Positions 32,063-42,029 of a stretch of DNA of 45,148 nt are shown here, in pieces. How positions within the stretch are numbered: position 1 is the stretch's first letter; each line of letters opens with the position of its first letter. A program made the position numbers and the translations under genes. The notes below the pieces were generated by a model. It ran no database searches. It had not been told where the DNA came from and saw nothing but the letters and a program-made list of their open reading frames with translations. The DNA is taken from the NCBI GenBank assembly GCA_029261635.1, contig JAJDAW010000029.1, positions 1-45,148 of the forward strand. The letters run 5' to 3'. The stretch comes from Nitrospinaceae bacterium. GTDB taxonomy: Bacteria > Nitrospinota > Nitrospinia > Nitrospinales > VA-1.

Positions 32063-32157
32063 TGGCTACCCAAGCGGAGCCTCTGTTAATATCTAGCCTG
32101 AAACATGACCCGGAACTCTTGAAATTCCTATCCTGAAACGAATTCTGTTTTATCATT

Positions 32158-33393
32158 ATGGACAGACCTCAACAAAAACTTACGATTCTATCTCTGCAAT
32201 ACCACTGTTATCCAGATGAAATTGGTGGGGCCTGGGGTCTGACTTATGAAATCAACAAGCGTCTTGTGGCAAGAAGGCATAAAGTTTATCAGATAACTTG
32301 CAAATCTTCCGAAAACCAGCCGTCACAGGAAGTGATAGATGGGATTCAATATTTCCGAGTTTCTCTCCGAGAAAGTAAAGGCATACTACCCCTTTGGAAT
32401 GCTATTAGAAAAAAGGTGAAAGCCATATTAAAGCTTGAGACCATTGATCTTATCCATATTCACAATCCGCTCATTGGATTTCTTATATTGCTGCAACCCA
32501 GTTTATGGAAGGTTCCTAAGGTTTATCATTTTCATAGTTCTTGGTTCGATGAAGAAAGGATCAACTCTGTTGGTATGGCTCGAATATCCTTAGGGCTAAG
32601 GTTACGTCTGGAAATGATTCGAATTATGGAATGGGTGTGTTACAGATTTTCTAGAACCCTGCTTTTTCTAAGTGAATATTCTAAAAACCGTTTTAAAGAT
32701 TATTATTCTCTGTCCAACCCTGATCTGATAATAATTCCCGGGGGCGTGGATTTGAAATGCTTTCACCCTTTAGAACCCGAAGAAGATAACAATGCTATTC
32801 GTGAAAAGCTAAATTTGGAAAAAGATGTGCCGTTAATATTGACAGTGCGGAGATTGGAAGAAAGAATGGGACTGGAGAACTTGATCTTGGCTATAGAAAT
32901 TCTTCTTAAAAATAATCCAGATAAAATTTTCCAACTGGCTATGGTTGGGAAAGGAAGTTTGCAGCAAAGACTGAAAGACTTGATAGCGGAAAAAAAACTA
33001 TCTGATACCATTCGACTTACAGGCTTGGTTCCCCGAGAAGCTTTACCTCTTTATTTTAGAGTAGCTGATTTATTCGTTCTCCCCACAACAGCCATTGAAG
33101 GATTCGGTCTGGTAACGGCGGAAGCCTTTGCAAGTGGTCTGCCGGTAATGGGAACCCCTGTTGGAGCAACGAAAGAAATTTTAGCTCAGGTCGATCAAAA
33201 CCTGATTCTTCAAGGGACGTCACCCGAATCTCTGGCAAAAGGCATGCAACACTTTCTTGATAACCCAGAATACTATTCTCAATTAAAACCCAAATGTAGG
33301 GAAACGGCTGAAAGAAACTATTCTTGGGAGAAGGTGACGGATCAAACGGAAGAGGAGTTTATAAAAAATATTTTCGGTAATTCTCCTTTATGA
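32158..33393 (+). CDS. Glycosyltransferase family 4 (GT-B, group 1)
   Basis: C-terminal EGFGLVTAEAFASGLPVMGTPVGATKEIL motif and N-terminal GG.W/G..y pattern. Confidence 0.85.
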   Translation: MDRPQQKLTILSLQYHCYPDEIGGAWGLTYEINKRLVARRHKVYQITCKSSENQPSQEVIDGIQYFRVSLRESKGILPLWNAIRKKVKAILKLETIDLIHIHNPLIGFLILLQPSLWKVPKVYHFHSSWFDEERINSVGMARISLGLRLRLEMIRIMEWVCYRFSRTLLFLSEYSKNRFKDYYSLSNPDLIIIPGGVDLKCFHPLEPEEDNNAIREKLNLEKDVPLILTVRRLEERMGLENLILAIEILLKNNPDKIFQLAMVGKGSLQQRLKDLIAEKKLSDTIRLTGLVPREALPLYFRVADLFVLPTTAIEGFGLVTAEAFASGLPVMGTPVGATKEILAQVDQNLILQGTSPESLAKGMQHFLDNPEYYSQLKPKCRETAERNYSWEKVTDQTEEEFIKNIFGNSPL

Positions 33394-35465
33394 ATATAAA
33401 ATCTCCAAAACTATTTTTGTCTCTATTAATTGTATTGGTTTATAGCAATACAATTTTAAACTCTTTTCATTTTGACGACATTCCTTCCATACTGGAAAAA
33501 CCCTGGATCCGGGGATGGGATAAAATACCTCAATTTATATTCAGTATTTTTCAGCGCCCTCTGGTCATCCTTTCGTTTAACCTGAATTATGCCATCAGTG
33601 AATTTGAAGTATGGAGTTACCATGTTTTTAATATCTTATTCCATATAATAGCAAGTCTGCTGGTTTTTAAGCTTGTCCAGCAGATAATATTTTTTCTTCA
33701 AGATATTTCGACTAAAAAAAATCCGCACCTTTTTTCATGGCCATATATTACGGCATTGGTTTTCGCGCTCCACCCTCTCAGCACACAATCTGTAACTTAT
33801 ATATCGAGCCGTTCATCCATTTTGGCAACGATATTTTATCTTTCAGCTCTAATTTTATTTTTTAAAGGTTTCAGTGAGCGAAAATTTAAAAAGAACCCAG
33901 GTCGCATTCATTTTTTTGGTGCTACTTTTTTTCTCTTGCTGGGAGGATTAACCAAAGAAATTATAGTCACACTCCCAGCGGCATTATTTCTTTTTCATTA
34001 CTATTTCATTTCAAGAGAGAGTCCTGGAAAGTGGGTATCTAAAAACTTAAAGTGGATTTTATTGCTACTGATCCCTTTGTTGGCGTGGGTGGGATATAAA
34101 CAATTTTTGGGTGGTGGATTTTTAGCCGCATCTTCAGCCAAACTGCCCTCATCTACCTGGCTTTTGACGCAAACTTCAGTTGTCCCGTTTGAATATTTTC
34201 GAAAATTTCTTTTCCCATTTAATCTGAATTTAGATATCAACTTTCCTATTCTTAGTAATTGGCTTAATCCAAAAAATTGGCTGGGAATATTATCTTTGGG
34301 TTTGCTAATAACCTTGTGGGTTCGAATATCAATCAGCATTAAAACAAAAGGACCTTGGGAAATTGAAAAGCGGTGTGCTGGATTTTCTCTGGCATGGATA
34401 TTCCTAACTCTTTTGCCGACTTCAAGTTTTATTCCACTATTAGATGCGGTGATGGAGCATCGCACCTATTTGCCTATGGTCGGATTTGCTTTGCTGGGAA
34501 CCTCTATCTTTAGTTGGGCATATAGAACTGTGACGAATCTAAATTCAGATAATTTTCCCATATCTCTTGTGCAAACTGGATTGCTTTTAATTTTAGTTTT
34601 GTTTTCTCTGATTATTATGAATAGAAACAAAATTTGGAAAGACGAGTTGGCATTGTGGGCAGATGCCAAGCATAAATCTCCAGGCCTTGTAAGGCCTTAT
34701 AATAACTTGGGTGAAGCCCATGACAAGTTAGGAAATTATGATCAGGCGATTGTAGAGTTTAAGGGGGCTTTGAAAATCAATCCCAATTATTTTTTTGGTT
34801 TAAATAATCTTGGAAATGTATATGGGAAGCAAGGAAAGTATGAAGAGGCAATAAGTAATTTTCAAAAAGCCTTGGATCAAAAATCTGATTATAGTCCTGC
34901 GTATTATAATATTGCCCGAGCGTACCATCTTGTTGGTAAGAAGCAGGAGGCAGCAGAATCATACAGAAAAGCGATCCGGTTTAATCCATATTTCGAGCAA
35001 GCATTTTACAACCTGGCCTATTTATCTATGGAACTGAGTGGATTCGACGAGGCCATTGAAAATTTCAACAAATTTATAAAAATGCAACCCAATCATTCCA
35101 GAGCACATTTTGGATTGGGAAATGCTTTGATGATGAAAGGTCAACTGGACCTTGCAATGTCGGAGTATCGTCTTTCGGGAAAACTTAATCCTACCTTTGC
35201 TCTTCCTTATATGAATATGGCCAGCATCCAGATGCAGACAAAAAATGTTTCTGCTGCCATAGAGAATTACGAAATAGCATTGGAAATCAACCCTGGCTTG
35301 CCTGCCATTCATTTGAGCTTGGGAATGATTTACTATCAATTTATGAATAATGCTCCTAAAGCACTCGGTTATTTGAAAGAAGCTCTTCGCCTCAATCCAA
35401 ATCAGCAAGGTGTCACACGACTTAAGTCCCTTATAGTAGAGTTGGAAAATAAGCAGCCTGCGTAA
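33390..35465 (+). CDS. TMTC/PMT-like polytopic GT-C membrane protein with C-terminal TPR repeats
   Basis: N-terminal YSNTILNSFHFDDIPSILEKPWIR, more than 10 hydrophobic segments, then about 7-8 TPR units (YNNLGEAHDKLGNYDQAIVEFKGALKINPNY...). 4-nt overlap with the GT4 gene. Confidence 0.75.
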   Translation: MNIKSPKLFLSLLIVLVYSNTILNSFHFDDIPSILEKPWIRGWDKIPQFIFSIFQRPLVILSFNLNYAISEFEVWSYHVFNILFHIIASLLVFKLVQQIIFFLQDISTKKNPHLFSWPYITALVFALHPLSTQSVTYISSRSSILATIFYLSALILFFKGFSERKFKKNPGRIHFFGATFFLLLGGLTKEIIVTLPAALFLFHYYFISRESPGKWVSKNLKWILLLLIPLLAWVGYKQFLGGGFLAASSAKLPSSTWLLTQTSVVPFEYFRKFLFPFNLNLDINFPILSNWLNPKNWLGILSLGLLITLWVRISISIKTKGPWEIEKRCAGFSLAWIFLTLLPTSSFIPLLDAVMEHRTYLPMVGFALLGTSIFSWAYRTVTNLNSDNFPISLVQTGLLLILVLFSLIIMNRNKIWKDELALWADAKHKSPGLVRPYNNLGEAHDKLGNYDQAIVEFKGALKINPNYFFGLNNLGNVYGKQGKYEEAISNFQKALDQKSDYSPAYYNIARAYHLVGKKQEAAESYRKAIRFNPYFEQAFYNLAYLSMELSGFDEAIENFNKFIKMQPNHSRAHFGLGNALMMKGQLDLAMSEYRLSGKLNPTFALPYMNMASIQMQTKNVSAAIENYEIALEINPGLPAIHLSLGMIYYQFMNNAPKALGYLKEALRLNPNQQGVTRLKSLIVELENKQPA

Positions 35466-35597
35466 ATAATTTTGTTAGGTTTACTGGTTAAGGGACACTA
35501 ATCGATTAACCTCTTTGCTTTCCTTTTGTAATTAAGCCAAAGAGCAGTGCCAAATATAAAAGCAGCCTATGGTACTAAAAATAAAATTCTAGGAGAC

Positions 35598-36932
35598 ATG
35601 ATGAATATAGCGAGAAAAATGTTTACTACAGCAAAACCTGGGCAAAGCCAATCATCAGAGTTCAATACATCTTTCAATATCAACAATGCTCTTGAAAAAA
35701 CCCGAAAACGTATGGGCCAATTTTTCAAAGGAAATCAGATTTTGGGAAGAAAAGGAACAATTGGTTGTGTTTCTCTAGAAATAACTCAGCGTTGCAATTT
35801 GGATTGTTCGTTATGCTATTTATCGGAATCCTCTGCATTAGTAACGGATATGCCGATTGAGGAGTTATATAGAAGATTAGATGAAATTATTAATGTTTAT
35901 GGTCCGGGGACAAATGTTCAGATCAGTGGAGGTGACCCCACACTTCGAGATAAGGAGGAGTTGCTGGCTATTGTGAGTTATGCAAGAAAAATAGGCTTGC
36001 ACCCTGCGTTGTTTACCAATGGCAAAAAATGTTCCAGGGAATTGTTGGAAGATCTTTCTGAGGCTGGATTGAGCGATGTTGCTTTTCATGTCGATTTAAC
36101 ACAAAACTTGAAGGGCTACGAAACAGAAGTAGATCTCAATAGTTTGAGATCAGAGTTAATTGAAAAAGCCCGCGGCCTTCCTCTTCTTGTGATTTTTAAC
36201 ACAACGGTTCACGAATCCAACTTTAAAGAGATACCGGCAGTCGTCGAATTCTTTATCAATAACTCGGATGTGGTGGGCATGGCATCTTTTCAATTACAGG
36301 CAGATACAGGTAGAGGGGTTCTGCATCAGCGACCAGAACCTATTAGTTTGGAAACGGTACAGAAAAAGGTTTCCCAAGGAGCGGGTAATCCTTTGCCTTG
36401 GGATACGATTTTGATAGGGCACCCCAAATGCCACACTTATGTTCCTACTCTGGCGGTGAATGGCAAGGCTTTTGGAATCATTGATGATGGGCAAATATTC
36501 TCTGATTTTCTCAAAGATTTCAGCCATGTAACACATGATCGGCGAGAAGGCCCTATGAAAATTGCCTGGACTTATTTAAAGAATTGTATCAGGCACCCGG
36601 AATGGATACTTCGCGCATTAACTTACTTTTTACCTCGAATATGGGAAATAAAAAAAGATCTAATTGCAGGTAAGGGAAGAACTAATAAAATTTCTTTTTT
36701 CATTCAAAATTTTATGGACGAAAACAATTTGGACTCGGAACGGATAGATGCATGTTCATTTATGGTAATGACGAAAGAGGGGCCGGTTTCGATGTGCAAA
36801 CATAATGCAAATCGCGATGACTATATTTTGCAACCTATCCAGATTGAGGATGGGGATAAAACATTTTATCCGCTTCCATCCGATAGAAAATCAGAATCGG
36901 TCATGATGGAATCTACAACTTTGGTTAATTAA
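35598..36932 (+). CDS. Radical SAM enzyme
   Basis: CNLDCSLCY (CxxxCxxC) cluster motif and GGDPTL SAM-binding motif. AGGAG lies just upstream of the tandem ATGs at 35598/35601. Confidence 0.85.
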   Translation: MMNIARKMFTTAKPGQSQSSEFNTSFNINNALEKTRKRMGQFFKGNQILGRKGTIGCVSLEITQRCNLDCSLCYLSESSALVTDMPIEELYRRLDEIINVYGPGTNVQISGGDPTLRDKEELLAIVSYARKIGLHPALFTNGKKCSRELLEDLSEAGLSDVAFHVDLTQNLKGYETEVDLNSLRSELIEKARGLPLLVIFNTTVHESNFKEIPAVVEFFINNSDVVGMASFQLQADTGRGVLHQRPEPISLETVQKKVSQGAGNPLPWDTILIGHPKCHTYVPTLAVNGKAFGIIDDGQIFSDFLKDFSHVTHDRREGPMKIAWTYLKNCIRHPEWILRALTYFLPRIWEIKKDLIAGKGRTNKISFFIQNFMDENNLDSERIDACSFMVMTKEGPVSMCKHNANRDDYILQPIQIEDGDKTFYPLPSDRKSESVMMESTTLVN

Positions 36933-36934
36933 AA

Positions 36935-37738
36935 ATGCCTCATAAAATGTTTAAGTCCTGTGCTTATTTTGTCGCACTACTTTTATTTTTGTCTGGATGT
37001 GCTACCAAGGTTTTATCCCCTGAATTTATTATTTCAAGCGAAAATCAAAGGGGAGAATTTTATGGTTCGCGTTCTTGGAAAAAGACTCTTGAAAAATATG
37101 TAGACGTCAAAGGAAGAACGGCTTTTAAAAAACTGGCTTCAGATCATGTAGACCTGCTTTTTTATTTGGACTATATAGCGAAAACAAGCCCTCAACTCAA
37201 CCCAAAAAGTTTTCCAGATGAGAATCATAATTTGGCTTTCTATATCAACTCATATAATGCGCTGGCTATGTATGGGATTGTGTACCATAAGATTCCAAAG
37301 GATTTTAATAGGTTCATAGATCGTGCGCGGTTTTTCAAATTCACAGAATATAATATTGGAGGTATGCATATATCCCTTTATGATTACGAAAACAAAATTA
37401 TCCGACCTCGGGGAGACCCGCGTGTTCATTTCGCGTTAAATTGTATGGTAGTTGATTGCCCTAGATTGCCTGATAAACCCTTTGCCCCAGAACTGCTTGA
37501 TTCTCAATTGAATGAAGCATCTGTAGAGTTTTTAAATGACCCTAAAAAAGTATTTGTAGACCATTCCAAAAAAGAAGTGACGGTTTCGGAAATTCTAAAA
37601 TTTTATGAAGAAGATTTTGTGAATCCCAAACAGGCGGCATCTCTTTTGGAATATATAAATCGTTTTAGGAAAGAAAAAATCCCTTCCTCCTACAGTATAG
37701 GATTCTTCAAGTATGACTGGACCGTTAACAGCCAATAA
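36935..37738 (+). CDS. DUF547 family lipoprotein
   Basis: Lipobox LSGC. LAFYINSYNALAMYGIV and RVHFALNCMVVDCPRL are the DUF547 hallmark motifs. Confidence 0.7.
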   Translation: MPHKMFKSCAYFVALLLFLSGCATKVLSPEFIISSENQRGEFYGSRSWKKTLEKYVDVKGRTAFKKLASDHVDLLFYLDYIAKTSPQLNPKSFPDENHNLAFYINSYNALAMYGIVYHKIPKDFNRFIDRARFFKFTEYNIGGMHISLYDYENKIIRPRGDPRVHFALNCMVVDCPRLPDKPFAPELLDSQLNEASVEFLNDPKKVFVDHSKKEVTVSEILKFYEEDFVNPKQAASLLEYINRFRKEKIPSSYSIGFFKYDWTVNSQ

Positions 37739-38156
37739 AAAATTAGAGCTGGGCCTGCGATATTTTATTGCCTCGGTTCTGCTTCTAACTGGGATAGGGA
37801 AATTACTGGATGTGCCTGGTTTTATAAAAGTTATAGATACCTATGAAATAATTCCCACATTTTTACAACCAGCTATAGCAGTATCAATGGTATTGGTTGA
37901 GCTTAAAATTGCAGAAAATTTATTTCGCAAAATAAATTTAAAAATAACTGCCTTGGCAGCCGTAGCTTTACATATTTGCTTTACTCTTTTAGCAACTATG
38001 ACACTCTTGCGTGGAATAGAGGTAGCCAATTGTGGATGTTTCGGCGTTTTTTGGGCCAGACCTTTAACTTTTATAACTGTGGCGGAGGATATTTTTATGG
38101 TGGGGATGTGCGTTCTTCTGTTAAAGCTCTTGCATAGAAAAGAGGAGCGGATTTAA
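37713..38156 (+). CDS. MauE/DoxX-like small membrane protein
   Basis: Four hydrophobic segments; LLTGIGKLLD and the ANCGCFG motif typical of MauE-like proteins. Overlaps the DUF547 gene end. Confidence 0.6.
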   Translation: MTGPLTANKKLELGLRYFIASVLLLTGIGKLLDVPGFIKVIDTYEIIPTFLQPAIAVSMVLVELKIAENLFRKINLKITALAAVALHICFTLLATMTLLRGIEVANCGCFGVFWARPLTFITVAEDIFMVGMCVLLLKLLHRKEERI

Positions 38157-38422
38157 AAGACAATCCTGCTCAATAAAAATCGGTTAATACCATAACGGAC
38201 ATGGATTAAATCGAGCTTGATGTCCTTTCCCTTTAGTTCAGGAAATGAATCGCTATTCTGAAATGATTTTTCAGCATCCGGGAAATTATTAAAATATTTT
38301 TGGGATGTAGCAGAATCGTCGACGGCAGGGTAATCCTCTTTTTTACTATTCCATACTCTTGCGGCAAGAAGAAAATAATCATCGACATCCACGTTTTTTT
38401 CGCTATCAATTGCTGCGTTCAT
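38153..38422 (-). CDS. Hypothetical protein (weak call)
   Basis: 89-aa ORF convergent with the MauE-like gene. No motif recognised. Confidence 0.3.
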   Translation of the reverse strand: MNAAIDSEKNVDVDDYFLLAARVWNSKKEDYPAVDDSATSQKYFNNFPDAEKSFQNSDSFPELKGKDIKLDLIHVRYGINRFLLSRIVF

Positions 38423-38696
38423 TTCAACACTCCTTAAATTTAAATCCTTAAATCGGTTTTAATATAATATTTTCACAAACCAAAGTCACCATTTTGATAA
38501 ACTTATTTCTTGAGAAATTGAATAAAATAACTAAAATTGAGGTCTAACATATCGAAGGTCGCCTATCCAAAGAGAGAGGTATGTTTTACCGACGGAGATA
38601 CCAGCCCTTGAAGGATAGAAAGCTATGTAAATCAGGGGGTTAACGCTCTGATTCTTATCAACTTTAGAAGCTGAATTTTTTTAAAACAGGTGCCAA

Positions 38697-39197
38697 ATGA
38701 TGAAAAAAATGATATTGACTGCTCTTCTCCTGGTTGGATTTTCTATTCCGGCCGCCGCTCAAAATTCTATCGAAAATTTATATTGCAGTGATTATCATGG
38801 AAATCGAGTCCAAGTTATTCCAGATTCTTCTGCAAGATTGATTGCCGAAGCAGGCATCAGCACTTATGGTGTGCCGCAAATTCGGATTAATCCGATGCAA
38901 TTGAAGGATCTATCGCCAAATGCTAGAGCTTTTGCGGTTGGCCATGTTTGCGCAAACCTTACATTGGGCCACCTAGTAAGGTCTGTGGATAATATTTATG
39001 ACCATTATGATCGAGTGGGGAACGCCGATTGCTCAGTTGCAGCGAAACTTTTTTATAGTGGCCAGGTAAACAAAGAAGGTATTGATGCAATCGAGGAAGA
39101 AATAAATCAAATGAGTCGAGAACAATGGTCTCATTTCCCCGGTCCTGTCCGCGTTGTGACTCTGAATGAGGTTTGTGAGTTAAAACCTATGAATTAG
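38697..39197 (+). CDS. Hypothetical secreted protein
   Basis: Signal peptide MMKKMILTALLLVGFSIPAAAQ. A terminator follows. Confidence 0.55.
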   Translation: MMKKMILTALLLVGFSIPAAAQNSIENLYCSDYHGNRVQVIPDSSARLIAEAGISTYGVPQIRINPMQLKDLSPNARAFAVGHVCANLTLGHLVRSVDNIYDHYDRVGNADCSVAAKLFYSGQVNKEGIDAIEEEINQMSREQWSHFPGPVRVVTLNEVCELKPMN

Positions 39198-39219
39198 TAA
39201 ATTACCGATTTTTAAATTA

Positions 39220-39260
39220 GCCGTAGCTGGAAACATTTTTTCCAACTGCGGCTTTTTTTG
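39220..39260 (+). terminator. Rho-independent terminator
   Basis: gccgtagctgga / tccaactgcggc hairpin (with G.U pairs) followed by T7. Confidence 0.65.
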
Positions 39261-39301
39261 TCTTATTCCAACCAATTAAATTTTTGAAAAATTATTTACA
39301 G

Positions 39302-40093
39302 TTATCCAACGATACGATAATGGGATTCCAATTTATGAACCAAACGGGAAAGTAAAAGGGTGAGTAGCAGGTAGGTCAATGCTACATACGTATAGGTTTC
39401 AAAAAAATTGAAATGTTTGGTGGCATATTCATTTCCCACGCGCAAAATATCAGAAATCGCCAGAACGGAAACCAAACTGGTGTCTTTCAACATTCCCAAA
39501 GTTTGGTTGCCAATAGCTGGAATGATGGTTCTCATGGACTGCGGAAGAATGATTTGAGTCAAAGCCTGTTTTTCGTTCATTCCTAAACTGCGGGCCGCCT
39601 CGCCCTGCTCTTTCGGTATCGCTTCAATGCCCGCACGAAAAACATCTGCCATATAAGCTCCGTAGCTAAATCCGAATCCGACCACAGCTGCCACAAGCGC
39701 GGGCATGTGAATGAACTCTCCCAATGCATAATAGATATAAAATAAAAGAACAAGTAGCGGTACACCGCGGAGAATCTCTGTGTAAAAAGATACCGAAAGA
39801 CGAATAGCTGGGTTTTTAGAAAGTTTTCCCAATCCGACCAGAAGTCCAACTAGAATGGCGGCAGCGCTGCCCAAAAAAGTAACCAGCAATGTGTAAAAAA
39901 TTCCAGTAGGTAATAGCGTTAATAGCTCCAGATACCCTCCGGATTGCTCGCTGGTAGATAGTGCTTCCTTAGACGGCAGGTAAATCAAAAATACGACACT
40001 GATCAAGACAGCGATATTCCACGCTCCGGCTTGCGTATTTATTATTTTTTGTTTGGGCAATATTTCTGGCATGAGGCTATAGGTGATGAGCAA
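39302..40093 (-). CDS. Polar amino-acid ABC transporter permease (HisM/GlnP type)
   Basis: EAARSLGMNEKQALTQIILPQSMRTIIPAIGNQ is the EAA-loop pattern of this family. The start is uncertain (TTG at 40093 or ATG at 40072). Confidence 0.85.
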   Translation of the reverse strand: MLITYSLMPEILPKQKIINTQAGAWNIAVLISVVFLIYLPSKEALSTSEQSGGYLELLTLLPTGIFYTLLVTFLGSAAAILVGLLVGLGKLSKNPAIRLSVSFYTEILRGVPLLVLLFYIYYALGEFIHMPALVAAVVGFGFSYGAYMADVFRAGIEAIPKEQGEAARSLGMNEKQALTQIILPQSMRTIIPAIGNQTLGMLKDTSLVSVLAISDILRVGNEYATKHFNFFETYTYVALTYLLLTLLLSRLVHKLESHYRIVG

Positions 40094-40099
40094 CTATTG

Positions 40100-40876
40100 T
40101 TAAGGAACTTGAGCCGCCTGACCCAAGTCCCATTTCTTATGAAGCTGGGCAACGGTTCCATCGTCGATTAATTCTTTTAAGGCAGAATTTACCTTTGCCA
40201 TAAGTTTGGTTTCATCTTTTCGTAGAACCACTGCATAGAATTCATCGGATAGAATTTCTCCAACCATTTTTATTTCTTGAAAAATCGGCTTATTTCTAAA
40301 AAACAAAGTTCCAGAGCTTTCACCTAAAACCGCGTCGACTTTTCCATTGACCATATCGGTTATGGCATGACCGTACATCTGATATCCCTTTGTTCTTACT
40401 GAAGATTCTTTTTCCAGAAAATAATAAGAGGTGGTTCCCACCTGAGCTCCAATCAACGCGTTGCTTTTCTTAGCATCTTCAAAAGACATTATTTCCTTTT
40501 GATCTTTGTGGACAACAAGAGTAAGTCCACTTTTGAGATAAGGCATGCTGAAGCTCATTCGTTGCTTTCTTTCTTCGAGAACGGTCACAGAACTTATGAC
40601 CATGTCGAACTTTTTGGTGATCAAACCACCAAAGAGTCCAGCCCACTCTACATTGACGAGGTGGACATTGAATCCTGCTCTATCGGCTATGGCACGTATT
40701 AAATCGGGTTCGAATCCGATCATGTCGTTCCCCACACTCATAAACGACATGGGTGGCAGGGTTGCATCGGTAGCAACAATATAGGTATCGCCTTCAGTAT
40801 CACCGTTGCCTCCACAGCCGAGTACCAGACCGAAAAAAAATAAAAATATGACAGTACTGATTTTTTTAATTCTCAT
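40100..40876 (-). CDS. ABC transporter substrate-binding lipoprotein (SBP_bac_3, polar amino-acid type)
   Basis: Lipobox VLGC. YIVATDATLPPMSF...GFEPDLIRAIA...W..L...L...K.D. Confidence 0.85.
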   Translation of the reverse strand: MRIKKISTVIFLFFFGLVLGCGGNGDTEGDTYIVATDATLPPMSFMSVGNDMIGFEPDLIRAIADRAGFNVHLVNVEWAGLFGGLITKKFDMVISSVTVLEERKQRMSFSMPYLKSGLTLVVHKDQKEIMSFEDAKKSNALIGAQVGTTSYYFLEKESSVRTKGYQMYGHAITDMVNGKVDAVLGESSGTLFFRNKPIFQEIKMVGEILSDEFYAVVLRKDETKLMAKVNSALKELIDDGTVAQLHKKWDLGQAAQVP

Positions 40877-41939
40877 TTATTTGAAATACATCAGCGACCG
40901 CGAACAATACGCGGACTTGATCTCCTGTTGAAATTTTATGGTGTGTTGTTTTCCTGTGGTGCAGTGAAACTTTAAAAATAGAACCATCGGCAAGCTCAAC
41001 CTGATATCGCGTATGGTTTCCAAAAAAATCAATATTGACGAGAATCCCTTGGAGACTGTTCATCGGTTCTTTATGTTCTTGAGCGGAATCGAAAAATATT
41101 TTTTCAGGGCGTATATAACATCGCTGTTTTTTACTATCATCAGCTCCTGCAATAAACTGAACCTTCCCGTTTTTACCCAAAGAAAGTGTAATCATGTTTC
41201 CGGTCTTCTGTTCAACTATTCCAGTCAGACAATTAATTTCTCCAAGAAAAGTAGCAACGAAGGAAGAATTTGGACGCTCGTATAAATCAGCAGGAGTTCC
41301 TGATTGTTTTATAGATCCTTTTTCCATGATGCACATTTTAGTAGCCATACTCATGGCTTCTTCCTGATCGTGAGTGACAAAAAGAAAAGTGATTCCCAGA
41401 GCCCTTTGCATTTCGACAAGTTCTTCCCGCAGATGTTTTCTCAGGCTCGGGTCGAGAGCAGAAAGGGGTTCATCGAGTAGCAGTATTTTGGGGCGATTTA
41501 TAACCGCTCTTGCTAAAGCGACACGTTGAGCTTCGCCGCCGCTGATATTTTGCGGATAAGAGTTTTTTAAATCCCGCAAATGCGTGATTTCCAAAAGTTC
41601 TTCAATTCGTTTTTCGATTTCAGATTCTGCAAGTTTTCTCACACGCGGTCCGACAGCGATGTTGTCATAAACCGTCATATGCGGAAATAGGGCATAGTTT
41701 TGAAATATCATCCCAACAGGTCTTTTTTCAACAGGTAGAGAACTTATTTCATGGCCCTCAATCCAAATCTTTCCTTTGTCGGGATACTCAAAACCCGCAA
41801 TCATGCGCAAAAGAGTGGATTTGCCACAACCGCTTTGACCTAAAAGGGTGAACCTTTCGCCTTTATCGATTTCCATGGAAATATCATGGAGAACGGGTTT
41901 ATCGCCAAACGATTTAGAAATCGATTCCAGCTTTAACAT
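40866..41939 (-). CDS. ABC transporter ATPase of the PotA/MalK type with a C-terminal TOBE-like domain
   Basis: Walker A GQSGCGKST, signature ISGGEAQRVALARA, Walker B ILLLDEP. ATG at 41939 (MLKLESISKSF) is preferred because the listed start at 42068 would overlap purD. Confidence 0.9.
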   Translation of the reverse strand: MLKLESISKSFGDKPVLHDISMEIDKGERFTLLGQSGCGKSTLLRMIAGFEYPDKGKIWIEGHEISSLPVEKRPVGMIFQNYALFPHMTVYDNIAVGPRVRKLAESEIEKRIEELLEITHLRDLKNSYPQNISGGEAQRVALARAVINRPKILLLDEPLSALDPSLRKHLREELVEMQRALGITFLFVTHDQEEAMSMATKMCIMEKGSIKQSGTPADLYERPNSSFVATFLGEINCLTGIVEQKTGNMITLSLGKNGKVQFIAGADDSKKQRCYIRPEKIFFDSAQEHKEPMNSLQGILVNIDFFGNHTRYQVELADGSIFKVSLHHRKTTHHKISTGDQVRVLFAVADVFQINEN

Positions 41940-42029
41940 TTCAGGTCTTTTTAAGTAAACAGAGTTGCAACACGCATTCATTTTATATAAATTCTGTAAG
42001 GAATTATACAAGCATTCGAGGAAGAGAAT

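Noticed and set aside
31881-32156. 91-aa minus-strand ORF ending ...IIANDYDVAVAA
   Set aside because: It is the tmRNA tag frame read through the tmRNA 5' domain and promoter. It is not a protein gene.
34001-35408. Several 60-154-aa antisense ORFs inside the GT-C/TPR gene, with similar ones inside flgI, flgK, flgL and the usher gene
   Set aside because: They are embedded antisense in long genes with clear family motifs, which is a typical AT-rich frame artefact.
38540-38690. Possible structured leader or riboswitch upstream of the secreted-protein gene: nested stems ctatcc...ggatag and ggtat...atacc, with a GAGAGAGG...ACCGACGGAG segment faintly reminiscent of a glycine aptamer
   Set aside because: It matches only part of the glycine-riboswitch core. 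The downstream gene is not glycine-related, and the stems are short. This cannot be supported without a covariance-model search (Infernal/Rfam).
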